Assembly (NCBI GenBank): GCA_965645245.1
Contig: OZ287070.1
Coordinates: 372,001-436,000 of the forward strand
From: Massalongia carnosa
Lineage: Eukaryota
Reading direction: 5' to 3'
DNA: 64,000 nt
In this document: in pieces, positions 15,601 through 26,037 of the stretch
How positions within the stretch are numbered: position 1 is the first letter of the stretch
Layout: each line of letters starts with the position of its first letter
Notes under the pieces: generated by a model
Seen by the model: only the letters and a program-made list of their open reading frames with translations
Told to the model about the DNA's origin: nothing
Databases searched by the model: none
Translations under genes and position numbers: made by a program

Positions 15601-16580
15601 GGCTTCTACGACCTGATAGCAGCGTTCCTGAATTATCAAGAAATTCTCGCATTTGAAAGCTCATATGCCTTGACGCTCGTGGTCTCTTGTGCTTCATATC
15701 ACATCGCCCGTATCTTGAATCATACATGCTATACTTGCAGGCATCCAGCAGACAGACCGGAAATTGCCTATCCTTATGTTTCTTAATCTTCGAGAACCTA
15801 TGAGGCATAGCGTGTTAGTATGGTTAACAGCAGCTGTTTCGTACACAATAAGTCAAGATTTCGGTATTTCGGATAATGGAGCAAAAGAGCTAGGACATCC
15901 GGGTGGAGTAGCTTTCGTCCAGTTACTTGAAATAAAGCTACGACCTTTAAACCAAACAGCAGTAAGGATAGTCACTATTGGGTGGCATATGGGAGCTTCA
16001 TACGAATGAAATTACTTTCTATATAATATTTATCCGGACATAAGACTGAAGCCTTGCCTTGAAATCGCCTTAGCCCGCGTAAAAGTTGACGTTTTCAAGA
16101 TTTTCCACACGTATCACGTAAAATACCTAAGGAATCTATAAGAAACCGAAGGAACTCTTTGCCCGTATTCACCTGTCTAATTCTCCTGTGGGTGCAGTGA
16201 GTAGGGGGGTCGCTTTCCCTACATAAGGGGGTACGCCTGGTGTTGAGCTGCAATAGTGTACTTTCAACCACTGATAAGTCTTTTAGTGTGTTCCAACGGC
16301 AAGACGCCCATTCGTCTTGTGGTGCGAACGGGAGTATCGCTGACACCGTGGATCTGGGATCTAGGTTCAAATACCTTGCTATACCACGTGTGAAGTGGTC
16401 TGCCTTGGCTGAGAACGAAAGACGCCGCTTAGAAGCTGTAGCCATTCCTAATATGAGTGGCACGATACTGCTTTCAAACAGCACGATGCCAGCGCATTTT
16501 TAGCCAATTAATGCTTACGCCCACATGGATATGAAGGCGATTTTGGGGTGGGCAACCGTACTGCACTTGATTCAATAGCA

Positions 16581-16613
<33 letters not shown>
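16581..16613. repeat. (CAT)11 microsatellite
   Basis: Perfect trinucleotide run read directly. Confidence 0.95.
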
Positions 16614-16615
<2 letters not shown>

Positions 16616-17726
16616 GGATGGATGGGAAGATAACTCATGATTGGCGCGTTCATGATGGACCGGACAGAATTAGGCTTCAGCTCCCTTCGCTTCTTACTGG
16701 AAAGCATTTTTCTGAAAACGCTGAAATACCCGGGACCATTTGTGGTGAATCGGAATACAAAAAGACAGGGATCATGAAGCCCTTCGTGGATGTTTAGCGC
16801 ATTGCTAGTCCTTTACTAGTTTCTCATCAACTGCCCAAACCCCCCAGATTCCCACCACTCATCGAACACGTTCGGCCAAGCTCACCCACACGAAATGCCA
16901 CTTACACACGTAGCACGCTGCTTGACGTGAAATATTGTTGATAATTTCACGCGTCAGTTGCACAGATTCATAAAGAAGTGTCCACATGATGTTTCATGTG
17001 CAGCCAGGACAAGGGATCAGCGATCAAGATTCACTCTAGCCTGTATTCACAGCATGCAGATTATGTATCTTTGAATATCTATTCAATGCCATCAAGCGGG
17101 CGTTGAGCCGGCACACTTGTATCTCGGGGTCTGACAACTTGCAACCCGCATGCAGCAGGGCCTGGTCCGGTAGCCTGATTCTCTCAACTCTTCCCCCGGG
17201 GCTATGGGCAACTTGTTATGATCAGCTCATCGATTTGTTGTGGCATCTCGCCCTACTCGGAGTACAATGTGATGCTTTGTGTGGTAAACAGACATCACAG
17301 TATCGGTACCGCCTGCCGATCAAGGGTGAATTTATACGACTTGTTTTCTTTAATGGCTTAGTATTGGGGCGGAAATCCGTCGAGATAATGCCTTCCTTCA
17401 GGTGTGGACCCCAACCTGCGTAAGATCTGTGATAGAGAGGGACGACATACAGCTCACTTCCTGACCCCCTAAATGTGGTTCTCCTTTCGGTTAAGCTTGG
17501 TTTCTATTACGCGGTCAAACAAGAATTCCCTGCCAATCCTAAAATCTTTCAAACCAAATAAGCTGTCTATCGAGCTAATTAGACCAAAACTAGAGGTGTT
17601 GGTCCTTGCTCTTCAGTTATAATCTGTAGAGGGGCAACATGCTTTTCTATAAATTCGATTGGAATGCCGCCCATTTAAACGGGCACTCTCGCCACTTGCA
17701 GATTTCGTCTTCAACTATCCACAGCG

Positions 17727-18776
17727 ATGGTCAAACCAAGGACACCAAACACCAAGAAGCTCGAACCAAAGATACCAAACACCAAGAAGCTAGCTCCATT
17801 CGAAGGTCAATTCTTTCAGTGGCGCTTCATAGATGTGGAATCTTTGAGTGAGGTGAAAAAACTCTTCGATGAGTTATTTCAGCATCTTCTTCGGACTACC
17901 GGTGATCAATTTCAGGCTAGGTGACTTCATCTTTTCTTGACATAGCTTTCTTACTTATTGAACATCGTGTGCTATAGCAACGATCAATGGAGAGGCCGTC
18001 AAGATGAGTGGAACAAAGTATGGAGACTTCGCATAGGGGTGACGGTCTCTCCTGCCGACATTCCAGCATATTTGGCAAGTTTTCGGTTGTGGCGTAATGG
18101 TAAAGGTGAATATCTTGATTCCGGGGCTACCATGGGTAGCGTCTATAACATGTGAGCATACAGACCCATTAATGTACTTGATACTAAACCTGTCAGGCAT
18201 CCCATTCCTCCGGTCCAAGCCGAAAGCTCGCGTGGACCGGTCCAACGCATCCAATATTCTTCAAATATAGAGGCAGCAGAGGAATTGTAATTAGCAACCT
18301 GCTGAACTGCAAGCTCGGTTTGCTAACGTATCTTACTCCTCAGTAACTATGGCTTTGGCGCTTCAAGCTTCGCGACAGCACCCGACCTTGATTGGCTTAA
18401 CTACAGCGCAGCACAGTATCCTTCCGATCCTGAAACTTGGAGAGCTTCCAGCTTGCCCAATCCGCCGCATGATCCTGCTTTTCAATCCCTCCCCCCTGAG
18501 ACCGATATCGCCATTCTGCGCGGAGATTTGTCGTCACTTACGCTGCCTCAAAGTAACTCATTCATGGAGAATACGAGCGTTCCTTTCCTTGGGTCGAGCT
18601 ACCTGGGGGAAACATTCACTACAGGTCCAAATTGCGCGACTCGTTCCGATGCAGTCATGTTTCCCAATCCATGGCCAGATGCTACACAGAGGTCTCGCTC
18701 CCACTCTCGGAAGCGGGCTCAGGGCTCATCCTTCGATCAGCCGTTACCAAGCAGGTTCAAAAACTCCAGTCCCTAA
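17727..18776 (+). CDS. Orphan protein of ~296 aa, 4 exons (17727-17920, 17978-18151, 18197-18286, 18344-18776)
   Basis: Three short GT-AG introns (57, 45 and 57 nt; branch sites ACTAA and GCTAAC in the last two) join four pieces into one open 891-nt CDS. N-terminus has a 9-aa tandem repeat (PRTPNTKKL/PKIPNTKKL). No family recognised. Confidence 0.75.
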
Positions 18777-18899
18777 AGTTTCGGTCAATCCTGCCGGCAC
18801 CCATCGTCCGTGGTCCAGCAGCTCCAAGGGTAATTCTTGAAAATTTTTCAATCCATCACAAGGCCTCTATAACTCATTTGGTCTCGCATTCAGTTGCTG

Positions 18900-20789
18900 A
18901 CGACATATGTTTTCAATCGCATGTAAGGGCGGTACCATATTTCTTTTTCTCTCCAAAGTAGAGACCCGGCGGGAAGTCAAAAGCCATTCATTTGATATTT
19001 AGAGCTCTTAAGGTTCATCCATACTTCTTAAAGAATGCAAAAGCTAGGAGAAGGGATACCGCGACGAGTCCCGGAAAAGCAGCGAGACCACAGCCCCACA
19101 TCCTCTATCCTCTTCCTCCATAACTATCGTATAGAGATATTGCTGGTTAATTTAGCCATACAAAGAAATTCATCAATCCCACTCTATTATACGAGCATAT
19201 TCTCTCCGTTGAGGCTATATACTGCCTCTCCTAACCTAATTGCCACATGCCCCTTCGTTTAACCTAATTTACCCTAGCATCTTGCCAAAAAAACCCCCCT
19301 ACGCACATTAACCTACCTACATTACAACGAATGCCAGGGTCGAAGTAGGAAGTGGAGCCAGCCATCTACCCACAAGATGAGGGAGCCGCACTCATATCAA
19401 ACTAGGCTTTCGGCTCAAAAACCCCGGCCTGCTATTGATGTAGACCTACATACACTATTCGGTATAGGGTAAGATTTGGCTCAGGGAAGGAGACAATTTT
19501 TCATATACTAGAGTCTAGCTACGCCTAAACTTCGATTCGAGGCTACTTTGTGAGGTGGAAGTCTCTTTCCTGGCCAACTCAAGCGTCCTTAGCCCATGTC
19601 CATCGCAGGGTCTTGCATGTTGCACTAGGAATCAAGTCCGAACAGCTCATGCATTTTGGGAAGCCGTGTTAACATCAGGCACCATCTTTGGGAGGGAATT
19701 ACCTCGCTTGATGTCGTTTCCCAACGACGCCGGTCCTGTTTGCTGTCCTGCTAGCTCGAATCGCACGCAACCCACGGGCCGCCGAAGAAAGACTAGGCTA
19801 CCATCTCGGCTTGCTATTTCGCAAGTACCAGTGCCAATTCAGAAAACACTTCTGCAATAAAGCTCATGCGGACACACTCTGGCAGGGATATGTTTTCTAT
19901 AGGCAAACGTTGTGCTCTAACGAAAAAAGTCAACCTTTGCTGTCAAGATTGAGGCAACCAATCATACACATGACGCGTCTATTGGGAAAGCATCACTCCT
20001 CTGCCGATGGATCACACCCTGCTTCTTCACCGGATTGAAAGCGTTCACCCAAACAAACCCAGTAGAGCCGACGACAAATTCGCTGTGCGGTAACCCCACC
20101 GCCATTCCACCACGCCAGGGATGTTGTATGAATGTGGACAAGGTACGGAATCCTAGTCCGCCCGTCCCTACCTTTAGGCCCAATTCCACGGATTGCAGGC
20201 AGACGTAGCGTTGGCCTTTGAACCGACAGTCATAACCCGTGGGGTTTCACTCAGGTCCTCGATGCTGACCGAATTCAACTTAACACCGTCAATCCCGTTC
20301 CAGATACCAGTTTAGATTCGACAGACGAGCCTCGCAGTCGAAGTAAAAACCCCTCATGTAGTGACTAGGATTGTATCGTCCGAGCGGAATAAGTGTTTGC
20401 GTCATATCCGGCCCCGGCGAATCCGGGAACCAGACTTCGCCAAAAACGCCAATCTGAATTCTCGGGACCCGCGGGGAATTCCTGTCCCAACCCAATGGTT
20501 ACGCTAACGTTAAGCTCTTGCCCCCCTTGGTAGAAAGTAGCGCGCGGACTGTCCACGCCATACAGAACATGTAGTTGTAAATTCCTGCAGAGAGGTGATT
20601 ATGAAAAAGAATCCTTGTTAACTATCACATGCAAGGGTGAGACGTTTCACGTGACCCAGCACGGACGGAATACAGAGTGGGCCCTTGGATGCCTGCACAG
20701 GAAGATGACATAACCAGCGCTGAGCTTGTTATGCGAATAAGGCAATAGCCTCAGTCCTGTTCAGCCCAACTGGCGTCCATGATCTATTT
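18900..20789 (+). ncRNA. TER: Putative telomerase RNA (TER), ~1.9 kb; 5' end approximate
   Basis: In order: nested long-range helices, boundary hairpin 19211-19228, template with terminal direct repeat 19232-19269, pseudoknot (19529-19544/20328-20344 and 19550-19555/20352-20357 flanking AAAAA), CR4/5-like three-way junction 20697-20760, then a GTAAGT 5' splice site at 20790. No convincing coding ORF. Confidence 0.75.
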
Positions 20790-23700
20790 GTAAGTGACAG
20801 TGTATGGAGCATTGCTGAGATATACAAAGATAAAGATATACGAGGACATAATCAAGTGACAAGAGTGAAAACAGCCCTACATTCATCACATTCATATCGC
20901 TCCTTTCGTTCCTTTCGTAAACCTCATCACTTCCAACTCCGAGATCCAATCATCCATCACAACCACCTACCGCCTATGAATGTCCGAGGCAAAAGCGCCT
21001 ACAAGGCCAGGGGATGGCAGACAATGGCAACACTTTACCAACTACTTCAAGTTCGGGATAAGATCCGCATAAGGAATCGCAGGGGAGGACGCATCTTTCC
21101 CCTTAAGTGTGACATTGCCCGATACCCACTTCAGTTTGGTTCTTCTGTTACCTATCTAAAGCAGGCACTCACTCCCTGTCTGTCTATATTGACGAGAACT
21201 TACCGATGGAAGCAAAGTGCCTGATCAATTAAGACGTGAGCACAATGAGGTGGGTGGCATCACGGTCAATGGTGAGGTAGCCTAGTAAGCAGCGGGACTT
21301 GCAGATACCAACCATAAACATGCTGCTGCCATAGATTGAACAGGCGAAGCAACCAAGCCCAAGTAATCGATCCTCGTTCGAACACGTCGCTTCCTGGCGT
21401 AATGCTCTTGGTCTCCGTCCAACGGAAAACCAACGACGATGGTAGATTTAATGAAGACTTCTTCATCTTCGACACAAGCTTGATTTCCAGATCTCCACAT
21501 TACCTGGAGAAATTTGATACCGTAGATAAAGAATAATACAGCTGTGAGAGATTGGATTCGCTACTTTCGTTCCGATCGTTCTTTTTCCTATTAAGAGATT
21601 ACAAACCTGTTACCAAGTCTCGCCTAGGATCAAGCGAGGAGTCTGAACAGTACGGACCCATGCATAAACAACGTCGAACAGTTCGTGTTAATATTGTGGC
21701 AGATATAGATGAAGTTCCTGCTGAGACCGTTCAGGGGATGGAAACCAGACTGGACTTGATTCCCTGCTGGAGGCTCTCGCTTAAGATCATCCCATCGGCC
21801 TCACTAAAACATCAGGAGAAGGCATATTCGGCACTTTTGACCCAATTCAATAGTCCCCACTTGAATTTGATGGAGCCGATCTTCGCAAGATTCATAGAAA
21901 ATCAACTAGAGATTTGCAAAACCAGCCTGCCATAAAATCTGCCGCGCTTCGTTCAATGTAGGCGACTGAACACAAGCTCTGAATTCATTATGTCGATTTC
22001 ACGGAGCAGCATAAGCACAAACCACCAGCGGAAAGAGGTAGCCTATCTTGGCTCGCAACCAGAGCTCTGATTTCGAGTAGCCTCGGCTCAGGACTGGTTT
22101 AATTGCGACGGTCGTATCATCAGCGGACGTCAGGCTTGCAGCGTACGAAACGGGCTTTTGCACGGCCTCCCCTTTTTCCTTCTGTTCCAGTAGCTCTACA
22201 TGCGGGGTACAGGATGCTACGAGTTATCCCCAAAGGGCGAGGGGTTTGAAATTTATTCTTATCGCGATTCTGTACATTCTCGCTCAACCTTTCGACACCC
22301 CAAAACATATCAAAAGGGCTCCTATACTTGTCACCATTCGCAAGCCTCTTCGGTCACGATGACTAAACTTCCCAAACGAAATTTTGGATCCGATGAATTC
22401 GAGAAACTACTACTTGAGCGCTTGATCTAGGTGAGTCTAGTTTCATCTATGGCCGCGTTTTCTTGTCCTTAATTACAAATTATCCTTCATTAGTCATGTT
22501 GATTTGAACTAACGGAATTTTGTAAAGTGAAAGATAAATATATTGTTGTTGATAATAATGAATAGATGAGGCACGAGCGACTATCAGCAGCTGACCAAAT
22601 CATCAAAAACTCTGAAGATACTAACTGCTTGGCTAATGAAAACAGGCTTATTGAATCAATTCTCACTAGCATCAACATTATTGTAAAATCAACAATAGTT
22701 GAACCTTTCTTTCTTTCTTCTCTTTTCACAAGGCATTACAGTTCCCACACGTCTTTTGCACTGCGTCTCCCGCCCGACGTCGACACGTAGTCACATCGGA
22801 CGGGTATCAAGGGACATGGTTTTTTCACCTGTGAAAGGTTTCCATGTAACATAACTTAGATAGCTTTGCCCGCATGGGCCGGCCTACGGCCGGTGTCATA
22901 TCGGAGTATGAATACATCATCATCATCATCATCATGAATAGATGAGAAAGATGAGATGAAATAATAAGATGAGTTCCGGTTTATTTATCCTCCTATCACT
23001 AGATATCTCTTTAAATTTATCCCTTGAACAATAACTATTCAAGGAAAAAGCAAGAAAGAACCCCCCCCCCCCAATCCTTTTCCCCTTTTCCTTCCCTTTT
23101 ATCATCTCCCTTCTCTCTTCACTTCCTGTTGAGAAAAAACACACATAATATTCCTACTTTAAAACAACCAGTAAAAGGTAGCCCGAGCGAGCCTGCTTAG
23201 AAGTATCAATCAACACTCCCTTAACTCGGCAAAATTTATCGATTCTGGCTAAATGATAGAAAAAAACCAGCACACTCTTATTTTCAACATGTAAACCTTT
23301 TAACTTGATTAACTTACGAGTCTAAAACGAAGTGGAGTATAAATTCTCTTCACTCAAGGATAAAATGTTGAAAACTGTGACGAAGCGAGATAGTGAATAG
23401 ATTTCTACCATTGCGCCACCTGTCCTCCCGACCAAAATGCACAATACTTAGTCCGCAGACCAAGCTCTATTCTACTATAACTGGGACTCCTGCTATATTC
23501 GCTGTAGGTGCTGCCGTCCGCACCACGCATGGTCGAACCGTCACAAAAACCGAAGAGTGTAGGTAAAATTGAATGGAACAATAAAAGAGAAAGAGAAAGA
23601 GAGAAAGAAAAGGCCTTGCTGAGCAGTTGATTTGTCGAAGCAATGCTTTTCACGCGACATGACAAGTCAAGTTACACACGAGACAGAATAGGAAAACACA

Positions 23701-26037
23701 AGAAGGAAAAGAAAAAGTTCAAAAAGAAAGGAAAGGCAGCAATATCAATACACAGATATGTAGGTAGGCAGACAGATAGGCCGTCGTCAGTCAGGAAGAT
23801 ATCTACATAAGCGTAGAAAAGCCAGGTAAAAAATAAAATAAACGGAAAACGAGAAAGAGATGAGATGAGATAAAAGGGGAGGGTAAGCTAAGATAAGATA
23901 AGATAAGTAATATGGTAGAGGAAATAATGATAAAATAGATAACATCAGTCAATCCAACAACGTTAACAACAACATTTCTTGTACACTGATAATCGGAAAA
24001 TCAATCAATCAATCAGAAAACAGGTCAGTCAATCATCCAACATCAAGAAAGAACCCCCTCCTTGCGTATTTATATTGTGGCGGGGCCACACGTGTCATGT
24101 GTGATCAGGTGAAAGGGCAGGCCTGTGCGGCCGAGGGTGGAGATAAAAGGGGTATTTTGCTAGCATTTTCTCGACCATCACTACATCTCTACATCTCACA
24201 ACATCTTCACACAACATCACTAAATCTCTACTCAATCTATCAATCTATCCGTACACAACATCTTAACACATCTTGACATCTCGACACATCATCTTTGTCA
24301 CATAGTCATAGTGCCAACACATTCATTCGTGCAATCGACTAGTCGAGTTCTTCGCATGGATATTCAGTCGTAGACCTATTCGATCATTTGTGTGTGTGTG
24401 TTCACTGCTCAGTTCACCATCTATTTATCATGTCGCACCTCCTTCTATTAGCACGCATCTTTACCATTCATCACCCCTTCTCAATATTCTTTCTTCTCGG
24501 ACTCATAGATAGCCGAAAAGCTAGCTAGTCAGCCAGCCAGTCGATTGGTCAAATACATAGATAGGGAAAACGATAAGGGGGGTGAGAAGGTAGCATGACG
24601 GTTACAGAGAAGAAAATCGAACAATCGATCAGCTAATCATTCAATTCAATATCGTATAGCAATATTTATTTACTTGACTCTCTTTTATCTACCTATCGGT
24701 TTGTCAGTCAGTCTGTTTGCCTATGTATTCACAAATTTCTTGTACATTGCCACACCCTCAATTACTCATTCTTTCTCCTAATCTCTGGTTAACATACGAT
24801 ATATTCATTTGTTAATCTTGTTAGATCTTCCTCCTCCGTCTCTTTCCCCCTTCTTACTTGCTTCTTTCCTTCTCTCCTCTATCATTATTCATTCATATGT
24901 ACATTCTCGTCTTTCTTTTATTGTTATTTCTCTTGTTCTCTTGTTCTTATCTTGTCCTAATCCTTATCCTATTCTATTCATACGTCGTGATAAAACGGAA
25001 ACGAAACGAAAATAGAGTAAATGGAATAGAATTATAGGAAAGTCGAAGTCTCACGCGAACGAAAGGATTCCATGACGATGATAAAGATAGAGGGAAATAA
25101 AGTACACACATACATATACCTACATATGCGCATTTGATAAATATCTCTCCATCTGTCAAAGCCCGAGTTATTGGATGAATCAACGAATGTATCTATATTC
25201 GATCAGCATATACCCCTATCTCCCTACCTTTCCCACTCCTCCCCTGCACCCAGTCTGAAGAGTCTTAAACGAGTATATGACCATAGTCAACACCATTCGA
25301 TTCTTCATTCCCCCCCCCCTTTCTCTCTTCGTCTTCCGCTTCTTCTTCTTCTTCTTCTTCCAAGAAGTGGTTTAAGCTGACTCATTTGGTTTTACTCACT
25401 TTCTTGCTCGCTCGCTCTCTCCCTGATGATGGCGATGAAAACAACAGTGATGGTGATGATAAATAATATATCAACTAAAGAAAGGCAAAAACCGAATAAA
25501 TTCCGTTTCTGTAAATACCTCCCCGCTACGCTGCCCGGCCGTGCTGTGCTGATTAACTTTCTTCTTTTCTTTCTTTCGCACGAGGGCTTCCTTGCGATCG
25601 CGATTTGCCATTTGGGAAGAAGGAAGAAAGAAAGGTGCGGAGGAGGTGGTGGATGTCATGCTACGAGAGGAGACGAATAGGATGAGGATAATGAAAGCTG
25701 GATGGATAGAAAGATACCCACCCCTCCCACCTGTCAACCTGCCAACCTGTCAACCTACCTACCTCACTTACTTACCCACCCTCATCTCCGCTTATGGACT
25801 GTAGGTAGGTAGATGAGAGACGGTGAAAGTTTTTTTTTTTGGGGGGGGGAATAGGAAGGAAATTGATCTTATGAGAAAAAGCCAACTATATATAAAGTTT
25901 GAGGTAGAAAATAAAAATAATAACTGTTTGCCCGTACATATATCTAACCATGGCTGAAACTGACCCTTCCAGTCTCCGCGGCACCCGGCTTTCCCAAGTC
26001 CTCGTATAGAACTCACGGCCCCAGCCTACCCAAATCC

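Noticed and set aside
16095..16707. Minus-strand ORFs including a poly-Asp run
   Set aside because: The poly-Asp comes from the (CAT)11 microsatellite, and the plausible splice leads into a stop codon.
19518..19528. CTACGCCTA as an alternative 9-nt telomerase template
   Set aside because: Only a 3-nt terminal repeat and no boundary hairpin directly before it; the 19232-19269 candidate is much stronger.
19962..20556. Short minus-strand ORFs (19962-20189, 20289-20495, 20365-20556) as a protein-coding gene
   Set aside because: No consistent splice model or motif; the region is better explained by + strand RNA structure.
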